From an uncultured Methanosarcinales archaeon (GTDB taxonomy: Archaea > Nanobdellota > Nanobdellia > Woesearchaeales > JAGVZT01): DNA of 64,000 nucleotides. The position numbers and the translations under genes were made by a program. Below are positions 17,888 through 27,905 of the stretch, piece after piece. Below the pieces are notes generated by a model. That model ran no database searches. It was given only the letters and a program-made list of their open reading frames with translations, and was not told the DNA's origin. Position 1 is the stretch's first letter, and each line of letters opens with the position of its first letter. Where the stretch lies: positions 9,778 through 73,777 of the forward strand of contig CAYQPU010000002.1 of the NCBI GenBank assembly GCA_964419615.1, in the 5' to 3' direction.

Positions 17888-18817
17888 ATGGGCAAAAGAG
17901 TAGACATTAAGACTGGTTTTAAGTGCAACAATAATTGTAAGTTCTGTGTACAGGCTTGGAAAAAGCCAGAAGGCAATCGACCCAAAGAAGATATTTCTAA
18001 AGACCTGTATGATGCAAAAAAAGCAGGATGCGTGGGAGTTGTTTTTACTGGTGGAGAGGTTTCAATAAGGGCAGATTTTTTTGAGCTTTTAGAGTGTGCA
18101 CATGACATTGGATTTGCTGAAATCCAAGTACAAACAAATGCAAGAAGGTTTTATTACATGGATTTTTGCATAAAAGCAGTGAGGGCAGGCATGAATGATT
18201 TTGGGCCAGCAATTCATGGACATACAGCAGAGTTGCATGATTCATTGACACAAAGCCAAGGAAGCTTTAATCAAGCCTGCCAAGCTATAAAAAATATAAA
18301 ATCTCTTGGAGTTAATGTGATTACAAACACTGTTGTTGTTAGACCCAATTATAAGTTTATTCCAGAGATAGCAAAATTACTGGTCAGCCTTGATGTGAAT
18401 CAATACCAGTTTGCATTTATGCATGCTGTAGGCAACGCTATGGATAATTATAATAAAATGATGCCAAGAGTAAGTCTGGCTGCTCCCTACATTAAAAAAG
18501 GACTTCAGATAGGAATTGATGCAGGCAAAAAAGTAATGGCTGAAGCAATGCCTTATTGTGTTATGAAAGGATATGAGAGATACACTTCTGAACTTTACAT
18601 ACCTGAAACTGAAATTAGGGATACAACCAGTTATGATCCTGATTTTGGAAATACCAGGAGAACACAAGGAAAGGTGAAATTTTCAAAATGCAAGCAGTGC
18701 AAGTACGACCTTATCTGTGAAGGTCCATGGAAAGAGTATCCGGAAAGAATGGGCTCAAAGGAGTTTGTACCTGTGAAAGGTGACAAAATAATAAGTGCTA
18801 AGGAGATCCTATGCTAG
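17888..18817 (+). CDS. Radical SAM protein, MoaA/PqqE-like paralog
   Basis: FKCNNNCKFC, FTGGEVSIRADF, VQTNARRF, and the C-terminal CKQCKYDLICEGPWKEYPERMGSKEFVPV. Confidence 0.7.
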   Translation: MGKRVDIKTGFKCNNNCKFCVQAWKKPEGNRPKEDISKDLYDAKKAGCVGVVFTGGEVSIRADFFELLECAHDIGFAEIQVQTNARRFYYMDFCIKAVRAGMNDFGPAIHGHTAELHDSLTQSQGSFNQACQAIKNIKSLGVNVITNTVVVRPNYKFIPEIAKLLVSLDVNQYQFAFMHAVGNAMDNYNKMMPRVSLAAPYIKKGLQIGIDAGKKVMAEAMPYCVMKGYERYTSELYIPETEIRDTTSYDPDFGNTRRTQGKVKFSKCKQCKYDLICEGPWKEYPERMGSKEFVPVKGDKIISAKEILC

Positions 18818-19773
18818 AACAATATAAACCTGTTAACTATGGTGAAGAGTATGTGGAATTTTGTGGGAGTTCACAATACCCAATGTTTGTTGCAACTGCA
18901 CTAGGTGTTAAGCCTTGTTTTGATGATTGGGTTCCTTGCAATAAATATGGAGAATTTGTAGGAATCTGTAAGGAATACGGGTTATTTGTTGAGCCGGATG
19001 TGGTTTTTGTAAAAACGAGTTTAGATAAAAAACAGGTTGTAGGAGGAGACACAATTACAACAACATTTACAGAGGTTGTGCCGTTTAAGGAAAATGCCAA
19101 GAATGGGCAGGTGCATGTTTTTGTATCAAAAGCCAAAGACCAAGCAATTAGAACTAGGAGGTGTGGGTGGTATCCGGGAATTATTAGTGGCAGATCAGTA
19201 AATAAACCATTTGTTGACCACATGAGATTTGGAAAGAACTTGGGTTTCCCAGAATGCTGTGTGGATTTCTTTAGAAAGTACAATAATTGGGCAAAATACT
19301 CACACCCATACGAAAGCTATAATAGCACACCAAACAAAAGTAGTCCGTCCTCATATTATTGTAATAATTTCACAATGGATTTTATCTATTTTTATATTCA
19401 CCATATCCCATGTAATTTTAAATGCGATGCAACTATCGCTTCTGCAAAAGTTGTAGAGAATAAAATAAAAGATGTTGAACCAAAATTTGTTGAGAAAACT
19501 AATAAGATTCTAAAAAGTCCGTTGTTAGTCTTTGGTGAACGTAATTTCATATTGTTTGAGGAAGGTAATTACTCAAAAGGAGAATTAAAATACAAAAAAA
19601 CAAAATATATCTCAAATTACGCCCGAAAAGAGGATAGAGTTGGATTTATTAATGATGTTCAAAAAGGCAATAGTTTGTTTTTCAAAGATAAGAAATTATG
19701 TGTAGAGAAAAATGAAAACTTAATCTTTGAGATAGAGAAAGAGCCTGAATGGTTTATAATTGATTTTCAATAA
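18811..19773 (+). CDS. Hypothetical Cys-motif protein (GFPxCC ... HIPCxFKC); distant paralog of 43213..44115
   Basis: GFPECCVDFF ... YYCNNFTMDFIYFYIHHIPCNFKCDATI is shared with GYPKCCCKTI ... YCMNCCIPLIYHLPCSPKCQQT of the 43213 gene. Confidence 0.3.
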   Translation: MLEQYKPVNYGEEYVEFCGSSQYPMFVATALGVKPCFDDWVPCNKYGEFVGICKEYGLFVEPDVVFVKTSLDKKQVVGGDTITTTFTEVVPFKENAKNGQVHVFVSKAKDQAIRTRRCGWYPGIISGRSVNKPFVDHMRFGKNLGFPECCVDFFRKYNNWAKYSHPYESYNSTPNKSSPSSYYCNNFTMDFIYFYIHHIPCNFKCDATIASAKVVENKIKDVEPKFVEKTNKILKSPLLVFGERNFILFEEGNYSKGELKYKKTKYISNYARKEDRVGFINDVQKGNSLFFKDKKLCVEKNENLIFEIEKEPEWFIIDFQ

Positions 19774-20251
19774 AATGATTAAAGAACTTGAAGAATATCT
19801 TAGATTCCCAGTCAAAAGGGTTATTGTTAAATTAGACTATGAGACCCCTCATGATGAGGCTTTCTCATACGCAATTTGTCAGAGATTCTTTAATAAACCA
19901 GATCAGTTAAAAACTGCGATGCAACTTGGAAATAAGGCTCTCAACCAATTGCTAAAAAAAGAAGATTATATCCAGATTAGTCATCTATTTGCACTTGTTG
20001 GGAATATGTACTATCTCCAGGAGAAATATAAAATCAGTGCGGGATACTTTTTAAAGAGCATAAATTATAATAAAAAAGATCTTACCAGTTGGATTGAGCT
20101 GATATTCTCAATAAGAGCCATGGGAGATTTTGATACATTTGATAAGTGTATATTTAATCTTAAAAAGCTATATACGCTTGGACAAAGAGAAGAAGAGATT
20201 ACACAACAAACGCTGCTAAAACTAATTGAGCAGGCATGTAAAAATGGGTAA
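19760..20251 (+). CDS. Hypothetical helical protein (TPR-like repeat character)
   Basis: 163 aa, helical with an A/L/Y/K-rich periodicity. It overlaps the start of the next radical-SAM gene. Confidence 0.25.
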   Translation: MIFNKMIKELEEYLRFPVKRVIVKLDYETPHDEAFSYAICQRFFNKPDQLKTAMQLGNKALNQLLKKEDYIQISHLFALVGNMYYLQEKYKISAGYFLKSINYNKKDLTSWIELIFSIRAMGDFDTFDKCIFNLKKLYTLGQREEEITQQTLLKLIEQACKNG

Positions 20252-21149
20252 TAAATCAGAAGTAATCGGGTTGATCCATAAATGCAATTGTTTATGTATT
20301 ATGTGTCCAAATTCTTTAAGTTATCGTAAACTTAAAGATATGACTAAACTTGAATTTTTTGAGTGGGTAGACAGACTTACACCAGATGTCAACCACATTA
20401 CCTTTACAGGAGGTGAACCAACTCTCCGACGCGATTTGTTTGAGCTTATTAATTATGTTAATCAGAAGAGGCCAGACATACATATGAGGCTGCTTACAAA
20501 TGCCAGGATGTTTTATTACAAATCTTATTTGGATGATTTTCTTGCTCAAGGCCTAAAAAACCTCGAATTTGGCATCCCTATTTGTGGACCAAATGCAAAA
20601 ACCCATGATAAGGTTACAAAGGCTAAAGGTAGCTTTGAGCAAACCATGGGGGGAATGAAGAACCTCATGGCAAATGGATTTTTAGTTGAATTAAGAATTG
20701 TGATTAATAAGATCAATCTTGATGAGTTGAATAATATGTCTGAGCTGATCAAAAAAGAACTAAATGATGTACTCAGGATCACATTTTATTACATGCAAAT
20801 CACAGGAAATGCTTTAAAAAATAAGGACGAAGTTTTTATTTCATATAAAAAAATTCGTGATAAAATTGATATTGCGCTTAACAGTCTGAATGGGTTTACA
20901 ATTGGACTTTGTCATTTCCCACTTTGCACTGTTAATCCAAAATGGTGGCCAATTGTTTGGAGGAGCGTTGTTGATAGGAAGCTGTTTTTCCCTGAAAAAT
21001 GTAATTTGTGTTTGTATAAAAAGTATTGCCTGGGAGTTATGAAAAGTTATAGGGCCAATTTTGGGGTAGGAGAATTTCAGCCAATTAAACAAAAGTACAA
21101 TATTGTTGAGAGCAATGATCTAGCACGGCCAATAAAAGAGGTGCTATAA
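20226..21149 (+). CDS. Radical SAM protein, MoaA/PqqE-like paralog
   Basis: HKCNCLCIMC, FTGGEPTLRRDL, LLTNARMF, and the C-terminal CNLCLYKKYCLGVMKSYRANFGVGEFQPI. The alternative ATG at 20244 is possible. Confidence 0.7.
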   Translation: MSRHVKMGNKSEVIGLIHKCNCLCIMCPNSLSYRKLKDMTKLEFFEWVDRLTPDVNHITFTGGEPTLRRDLFELINYVNQKRPDIHMRLLTNARMFYYKSYLDDFLAQGLKNLEFGIPICGPNAKTHDKVTKAKGSFEQTMGGMKNLMANGFLVELRIVINKINLDELNNMSELIKKELNDVLRITFYYMQITGNALKNKDEVFISYKKIRDKIDIALNSLNGFTIGLCHFPLCTVNPKWWPIVWRSVVDRKLFFPEKCNLCLYKKYCLGVMKSYRANFGVGEFQPIKQKYNIVESNDLARPIKEVL

Positions 21150-22089
21150 TGCCAGAACGTATTACAATTATCCAGGATTACAGATGCAATAACAACTGTA
21201 TGTTTTGCTGTAATGGAGACAAAAGAAATGATTTCAAAGGAATGAACACAATAGAAGTAATGGAAACAATGAGGGTTGGAAGAAAAAGAGGGGCAACTTT
21301 TATTGACTTTATTGGTGGTGAGCCAACAATGAGAAGCAATATTATCCCACTTGTGAAATATGCTAAAAAATTGGGCTTTATAACTATAGCAACAACATCT
21401 AATGGGAGGATGTATTCTTATCCAGAATTTACAAAAAAAATGATTGATGCGGCCCAAATGCACAAATTCATGATTATTTAACAAGAGTTCCGGGTTCATT
21501 TGACCAGGCATTAAAAGGCATAGAAAATGCAAAAAAATTTGGTATAGAGCGAATTGAAATCAACACAACAATTGTTAAACCAAATTACAAGCATCTGCCG
21601 AAAATGGCCCAGATGTACAATGAGCTAGGAGTTGCTGAACCTAATTATATCTTTCCAGATCCTACGCCTATTGGATATGCATATAAATACTTTGATGAAA
21701 TAGTCCCAACATACACAGAATCAATGCTTTATGTTAGAAAAGCTATTCAGGTAGGGGTTGATGGTTTAAATGACCAGATACTAACACAATATGTTCCCGC
21801 ATGTTTTATGAAAGGCTATGAAAAACATATAGGTGAGTTCTTTTTTGAACCTGAAACAGAACATCATGCTTCAGATTTTATTAATGAGAATGTTATTGAG
21901 GGAAGAAAACAAGCAGGAAAATTAAAAGGTCCTCAATGCCGCAAATGTAAATTTGATCCAGTCTGTGAGGGAGTATGGAAACAATATGGTAAGAAGATAG
22001 GCCTTCATGAACTAGTGCCTGTTCCAGGAAAACCATTTAGAACAAAGAAAGAACTCTTGATTGAGTTCTACGGTGAAGAGACTTTGTGA
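21149..22089 (+). pseudogene. Radical SAM paralog disrupted by a -1 frameshift in a GCGGCCC run (~21449-21455)
   Basis: The N-terminal part (21149-21481) carries YRCNNNCMFC and IGGEPTMRSNI. The C-terminal part (21604-22089, a different frame) carries CRKCKFDPVCEGVWKQYGKKIGLHELVPV. Re-reading in the shifted frame from 21451 gives GPNAQIHDYLTRVPGSFDQALKGIENAKKFG, which aligns with the paralog FGPAIHGHTAELHDSLTQSQGSF. Confidence 0.6.
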
Positions 22090-23579
22090 AAATAGTATGT
22101 TGCTGAACCATAAGAATAATTCTTATATATAGAAAGATTATGAATTTCTTTTATTTCATTACAAATAGGATAATATTCAGGTGACCAATCTTTAATGCAA
22201 TAAAAATCTTCAAAAAACAGCCAACAGCTATTTGAAGTATTTATTTTGGGATCAATTAATTTTTCCAGGCCAACAGCTGTCAGATTTGTTGTTGATTCAA
22301 AAGCAATAGGAAATGCAGCAGCAATAGTACATCCTTGCAGCTCTTTTTCTACTTTCTCAATAATCTGTGTCTCTAAACTCACATAATCAACTGCCTCACC
22401 ATACACAATTCCTTTAATCTGAAAAGAGGTCAGAATCAAAATCAAAACCAAAGAGCATAATTTAAACAATTGTTTGTATTTTCCTTTAAACAGAGTAGAT
22501 AATTCTTTAATACCTTTAGCAGCCAAAACTATTATTACCAAATAAAACATCATAAACATTCTGTCTCTAATCCATAATTCATTATGCCATGTTCCAAAGT
22601 GAAATAACCAAAAAAAGACAACATATGTGAGAGAAAAAGCTCCAAATCTTGACCACAATCCGAAAATAGCAAATAACGGAATCAAATATACCAAATAATC
22701 CCACTTTATTATCTCGTGACCATATCTTTTTGTATTCTCGACCAAGTTTTCTAAGCTCCAATTCTTTCTAAGTTTATTATTGTAATCATCTTCTCTTGTT
22801 TGATCATAATGCTCAGAATACCACCCTGCAATTCTTAGAAAATGTGGCGTAACAATCAAGAAAACAAATAAACAGCCTATCAGCAAATGCTTAAGTTCTT
22901 TTTTTGAGATCTTTCTTGAAAATATAAATCTCCCAATGAAAAATAAAGGAATTAAAACATAATTCTCAGGCCGGATAACACAGGTAAAAGAGATCACTGC
23001 CAAACTTAGGTACATAAGTCTGCTCCTCTTTAATCTGTAATATAAAAACATTAGAGTGATACTAAAAACAATGAAAAACAGACTAGTTACATTAGTCTCT
23101 GCACTTCCAGACCATTTCAAATGAATGGGTAACACACTAAAAATTAATGTGCTATAAAGGCTTATCTTCTCATCCCTAAAAATTGTGTAGGTCATAAAAA
23201 AGATAAGAACAATTGTTGAGGCTCCCAGAATGGCAGAGATATATATAGGCACATAATTGTTAACTCCAAACAGCTTGAAGGAAAAAGATATTAAAAATGG
23301 CCAGCCGAGGGATTTTCTATAATTACCAATATCATTTTGAATTAACAGATCTTTCCCAGTCTTCATATACATAAATTCATCATTGAGCATAAGGTGTGCT
23401 TTTGGGATTACAAATAATCTTACTAACAACGAGATTAAGAAGATTATCCAAAGAAAAACTTGATACTTCCTATTTATCCTAAAAAACTTTCTAATATCTT
23501 TAAAATTAACCATGAATAAAACAATTGATAGTGAAAGACTAAACTTTACTAAGAGCACTACTAAACTATTGCTAAACAT
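22068..23579 (-). CDS. GT-C-fold glycosyltransferase-like polytopic membrane protein (ArnT/PMT-like), paralog of the next gene
   Basis: ~12 TM segments. The N-terminal loop LNDEFMYMKTGKDLL has a DE/DEx-type motif typical of the GT39/GT83 families. 503 aa. Confidence 0.4.
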   Translation of the reverse strand: MFSNSLVVLLVKFSLSLSIVLFMVNFKDIRKFFRINRKYQVFLWIIFLISLLVRLFVIPKAHLMLNDEFMYMKTGKDLLIQNDIGNYRKSLGWPFLISFSFKLFGVNNYVPIYISAILGASTIVLIFFMTYTIFRDEKISLYSTLIFSVLPIHLKWSGSAETNVTSLFFIVFSITLMFLYYRLKRSRLMYLSLAVISFTCVIRPENYVLIPLFFIGRFIFSRKISKKELKHLLIGCLFVFLIVTPHFLRIAGWYSEHYDQTREDDYNNKLRKNWSLENLVENTKRYGHEIIKWDYLVYLIPLFAIFGLWSRFGAFSLTYVVFFWLFHFGTWHNELWIRDRMFMMFYLVIIVLAAKGIKELSTLFKGKYKQLFKLCSLVLILILTSFQIKGIVYGEAVDYVSLETQIIEKVEKELQGCTIAAAFPIAFESTTNLTAVGLEKLIDPKINTSNSCWLFFEDFYCIKDWSPEYYPICNEIKEIHNLSIYKNYSYGSATYYFHKVSSP

Positions 23580-23666
23580 AGATCCTAAGTTATTCTATTT
23601 GTATTTATTCTTTTTGCCATATGTATCATTCTGGAAGTTTATGATTGACCTCAAAAAGTTATCTTA

Positions 23667-25166
23667 TCAATTTAGATGTATTCTATAAAATGTATACTCA
23701 CTTTCACCGTGCTTATAAGCTTTGTACACAGTATTATCATATTTATTGAGTAATTCATCACACTTTTTCCTAAACTTATCAGTCCACCAATCTTTACAGT
23801 AATAATCTTCAAAAAACAGCAGACACTCATTTGACAAAGAAAATTCTGTTCTATCAGATAACAAGAGTTTGTTAGCATTAATAACTTTCAGATTAGTAGT
23901 TGATTCAAACACAATTGGTTGCATAGTAAGAATTGTACAATTTTTGATCTCTTTTTCAGCAATCTCAGGAATATTTGTTTGAAGAGTCCAAGCATCATTT
24001 GGTTTTGAAGATAGGTGATTGATAGACTGGAAAAGAATAACCAAAATAATGAAAAAGCTTATCAGATTAAAAATAGTATTTTTCCACTGCTTTTTTAATC
24101 CAGCAATCTTTTTAATAGTCAGGACTGCTAGAGCAATAAAAACAGGGTAAAAAGTCAAGTATATTCTCCTTCTTCCTCCTAGAGTATCTAGCCAGGAAGT
24201 AAAATATACAAGCCAGAACAAAACTAAGTAAATGCTTGCAAATAAACCAAATTTTGAAACAACCCCTATAACAGCAAATAAAGTAATAAAAACAGGGAAT
24301 TTTGGATTACTAAACACTTCTCCACCATAATCAAATGAATTTGAAACCAGATTCTTTAAACTCCAGTTCTCTCCTTTAACTTTACCTTCAGAATCACTTT
24401 GCATCTGGTTATAGCTAGTGTACCAGTCTAATTGTTGGATTAAATTTGGTGCAGCTAAAACAAGAGCAAGAATAGCTGCAATAATAACATGTTTTGAAAT
24501 CTTTTTGTTATAAATCCATATTCCTGCAAAAAACAAAAGAAACAAAACATGATTCTCAGGCCTTATAATACAAGCAAAACTAATCACAGCAAGACTCAAG
24601 TAAAGCAAGGATTTTTTTTGATCATGATAATACACAAACATTGTAAAAACCGCAAGAGTAATAAAAAACACACTCACTATATTTGTTTCTGCACTTCCTG
24701 ACCACTCAAGATGCAGAGGTAGGAAAGTCAGAATTGCTGATGAAATCAAACTCACTCTCTCGCTTTTTGAGATTGCATAAGTCATCAAGAACATAGATAA
24801 AGTAGTTAAAACACCAAAAAAAGCTGAAGTATATAGCGCAACATGATTGTTAATACCAAACAATCTAAACGCAAATGATATCAAGACTGGCCAGCCAATA
24901 GATTTCTGATATCCTGGTGTTGAGTTATTCAGCAGTAAATTCTTCCCTGCCTTCATGTAGTAATATTCATCATTATACATATAATGGTAAACATTATTTA
25001 GAAAAAGCCTCATAATAAACGAAACTAACAAGAGTATAATTAGCAAGATCCAATATTTTTTCTTAACCCTGAAAAATTCTTTTAAATTTTTAAAATTGAT
25101 TAGAAATAACACAACCATAATCCAAAAACTAATTCTAGCAAAAATAATAATTAGCATATCATTCAT
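23667..25166 (-). CDS. GT-C-fold glycosyltransferase-like membrane protein, tandem paralog
   Basis: YNDEYYYMKAGKNLL and GWPVLISFAFRLFGIN are conserved with 22068..23579 (GWPFLISFSFKLFGVN). 499 aa. Confidence 0.4.
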   Translation of the reverse strand: MNDMLIIIFARISFWIMVVLFLINFKNLKEFFRVKKKYWILLIILLLVSFIMRLFLNNVYHYMYNDEYYYMKAGKNLLLNNSTPGYQKSIGWPVLISFAFRLFGINNHVALYTSAFFGVLTTLSMFLMTYAISKSERVSLISSAILTFLPLHLEWSGSAETNIVSVFFITLAVFTMFVYYHDQKKSLLYLSLAVISFACIIRPENHVLFLLFFAGIWIYNKKISKHVIIAAILALVLAAPNLIQQLDWYTSYNQMQSDSEGKVKGENWSLKNLVSNSFDYGGEVFSNPKFPVFITLFAVIGVVSKFGLFASIYLVLFWLVYFTSWLDTLGGRRRIYLTFYPVFIALAVLTIKKIAGLKKQWKNTIFNLISFFIILVILFQSINHLSSKPNDAWTLQTNIPEIAEKEIKNCTILTMQPIVFESTTNLKVINANKLLLSDRTEFSLSNECLLFFEDYYCKDWWTDKFRKKCDELLNKYDNTVYKAYKHGESEYTFYRIHLN

Positions 25167-25249
25167 AATGTAATAATTCCTATTGTTGTATTTATTTGTT
25201 TATATTGCAATTCAATAATACTTAAAAAACCTGATTACTTTATTCAAAT

Positions 25250-26848
25250 ATGCCAAAAAGAGTGAAATGGATAGTTATAAGTGGGGGTGTGCTTTCTGGC
25301 CTGGGAAAAGGGATTGTCACAGCTTCAATTGGCAGAATTCTACAGCAAAACTATAAAGTGATCCCTGTAAAATGTGATGGTTATCTGAATGTGGATCCAG
25401 GCACAATGAACCCCTGTGAGCATGGGGAAGTCTTTGTTCTAGATGATGGTGGAGAAGTTGATATGGATTTTGGGCATTATGAGCGATTCATGAATATCAA
25501 CTGCAAATTTGGTTGGAATCTGACCTCAGGGAAAATATTTCGTTCTGTCATAGAAAAAGAGAGGAGAGGAGAATATCTGGGCCAAACAGTACAAATTGTA
25601 CCACATGTGATAAATGAGATCAAGTTAAAACTAAAAAAAATAGCTGAATCTGAAAAAGCTGATATAATGCTCCTTGAAATAGGAGGAACTGTAGGAGACA
25701 TTGAGAATATGATATTTTATGAGGCAGCGCGTCAATTAAAATTAGAATATGGTCAAAAAAATGTTCTAAACATCCATTTAACCTATGTTCCTGAACTAAA
25801 TTCTGTTGGAGAGCAAAAAACAAAGCCCACGCAACAAAGTACTGATCTGTTGCAACAGGCAGGAATCCAACCCGATATAATAATTGGTAGATCTAATGTG
25901 CCACTTTCAAAACAATCAAAAGCAAAAATTGGTATGTTCTGCAATTTAAAACTTGAGGAGGTAATTAGTAATCCTGATGTGAACAGTGTTTATGAATTGC
26001 CCTTAATATTTGAAAAAGAGGATTTAACTAAAATAATTTCACATAAAACAGATTTGGATTTGAAACAGCTCAAAACCTGGAGAACACTTGTTAATAACAT
26101 GAACACTACAAAAAAACAAGTTAACATATTAATCTGTGGTAAATACACTCAACTTCATGATTCTTATGTAAGTATTTTGGAAGCTCTAACTCATTCCGGA
26201 GCTCAACTTGGGGTTAAGGTAAACACAGACTGGATAGAAACAACTGATCTTGAAAATAAAGACTTTGATTTAAATCAAATCTCGCAAGCTGATGGAGTTA
26301 TCATCCCCGGCGGCTTTGGAACCAGAGGCGCAGAAGGAAAAATAAAAGTAATCCAGGAGTTAAGAGAAAAAAACATTCCTTTCTTAGGACTTTGCTATGG
26401 TCTGCAATTAGCTGTTGTTGAATATGCAAGAAATATATGTGGCCTTGAAAATGCAAATTCAATTGAAGTAGATCCAGACACAGATCATCCTGTTGTTTAT
26501 ATCCTACCTGGCCAAGAATTAATTAATCAAAAAGGAGGAACATTAAGATTGGGTGCTTTCCCAGCCAAAACAAAAAAAGGTTCAATGGTAAGTAAATTGT
26601 ACAAAGCAGGGCTGGTTTATGAAAGACACAGACACAGATATGAAGTAAATCCACTATATCATCAATTATTGCAAAGTAATGGAATGATTTTCTCGGGTAT
26701 GAGTCCAGACAATAAATTGGTGGAACTAATTGAGCTTCCAGATCACAAATTCTTTATTGGAACTCAAGCACATCCTGAGTTAAAATCCAGGCTTGAAAGG
26801 CCTAGTCCTTTGTTCACCGGCTTCTTAAAGGCTTGTGTTGATAAGTGA
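25250..26848 (+). CDS. pyrG: CTP synthase
   Basis: N-terminal synthetase domain (ISGGVLSGLGKGIVTASIG) and a C-terminal glutamine amidotransferase with GLCYGLQ (catalytic Cys) and HPE. 532 aa. Confidence 0.9.
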   Translation: MPKRVKWIVISGGVLSGLGKGIVTASIGRILQQNYKVIPVKCDGYLNVDPGTMNPCEHGEVFVLDDGGEVDMDFGHYERFMNINCKFGWNLTSGKIFRSVIEKERRGEYLGQTVQIVPHVINEIKLKLKKIAESEKADIMLLEIGGTVGDIENMIFYEAARQLKLEYGQKNVLNIHLTYVPELNSVGEQKTKPTQQSTDLLQQAGIQPDIIIGRSNVPLSKQSKAKIGMFCNLKLEEVISNPDVNSVYELPLIFEKEDLTKIISHKTDLDLKQLKTWRTLVNNMNTTKKQVNILICGKYTQLHDSYVSILEALTHSGAQLGVKVNTDWIETTDLENKDFDLNQISQADGVIIPGGFGTRGAEGKIKVIQELREKNIPFLGLCYGLQLAVVEYARNICGLENANSIEVDPDTDHPVVYILPGQELINQKGGTLRLGAFPAKTKKGSMVSKLYKAGLVYERHRHRYEVNPLYHQLLQSNGMIFSGMSPDNKLVELIELPDHKFFIGTQAHPELKSRLERPSPLFTGFLKACVDK

Positions 26849-26857
26849 ATTATGTAA

Positions 26858-27880
26858 TTGTCCGAAACCTTTATATACTTCTCACTACTTTTTAATAGTA
26901 AGGGGTTGGAAACAATAGCAAAACTAAGAGAATTTGAAAGGGCAGTAAAAAAATCATTTTCAAATGTACGGGCAGATATTCTAACTATAAAAGATTACTT
27001 AGAAAAGCAGCATGATCTTATTAATCAAGACATTTCTGAATTACAATCTCAAATCTTTGAAATGCAAAGGCTTGTAAGTAAAACAAACGCAGAACTTGAA
27101 AACAAATACTATGAAAAGTCCGCTGCTAAGAAAGGAACAAAATCAAGATCAAGAATTCACAAACAACTTAGAACTCAAATTGACTCACTAAATAGTCAAC
27201 TAAGTGATCTAAATAAAAAGGTTAAAAATATTGAAAACAAAAAGGTTTCTGAGTCAAAACTAAATAAAACGTTATCCAAAGTTAAGAGAAGCATAACAGC
27301 CTTAGAATCTGATATCGAAAGTAATTATGTTGAAATCTCTAAAAATATTAAATCATACAAAAGAAGTCTTTCAAAAAAAACAGTTAAAAAAACCAAATCA
27401 AAAAAGCAGAAGGGGCCAGGTTTGTTTGTCACACTATTTTCAAAAAGAACTCCTAAACCAGTAAAAAAGAGAAAAGCAAAACCCAAAAGAAAATCAAAAA
27501 AGAAAAAGAAAAAAAACATACAGGTAATACCAATATTAATCATATTCTTTGCAGTAATCTTATTGGGAGTTGGAATCTGGTATATCTATAATAATTCGCC
27601 AATAATTCCACCTGCTTTCGAAAATGAAACTGGAACACAATTACCTACTGATATGACAATTCTAGAAGTGTATGAAACAGACTTTGTTAACATTATGCCA
27701 AACATGTCTGACCCAGATCAAGACAAACTCACATACATATTTGGCTATCCATTAAATAAGTCTGGGCAATGGCAAACACAAAAAGGAGATGCTGGACAGT
27801 ATTCGATAGTAATCTCAGTATCTGATGGACAGAGCACAACTGAGATGGAATTTTTATTAATCGTGCTTCCAAAACAATAA
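26858..27880 (+). CDS. Coiled-coil / Lys-rich / single-TM protein with a C-terminal Ig-like (cadherin-like) domain
   Basis: Coiled-coil N-half, a KKRKAKPKRKSKKKKKK stretch, the TM segment IPILIIFFAVILLGVGIWYIY, and a C-terminal DPDQDKLTYIFGYPLN...YSIVISVSDGQS. Confidence 0.3.
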   Translation: MSETFIYFSLLFNSKGLETIAKLREFERAVKKSFSNVRADILTIKDYLEKQHDLINQDISELQSQIFEMQRLVSKTNAELENKYYEKSAAKKGTKSRSRIHKQLRTQIDSLNSQLSDLNKKVKNIENKKVSESKLNKTLSKVKRSITALESDIESNYVEISKNIKSYKRSLSKKTVKKTKSKKQKGPGLFVTLFSKRTPKPVKKRKAKPKRKSKKKKKKNIQVIPILIIFFAVILLGVGIWYIYNNSPIIPPAFENETGTQLPTDMTILEVYETDFVNIMPNMSDPDQDKLTYIFGYPLNKSGQWQTQKGDAGQYSIVISVSDGQSTTEMEFLLIVLPKQ

Positions 27881-27905
27881 TTACTCAAAAATAGAATTTC
27901 TAATC

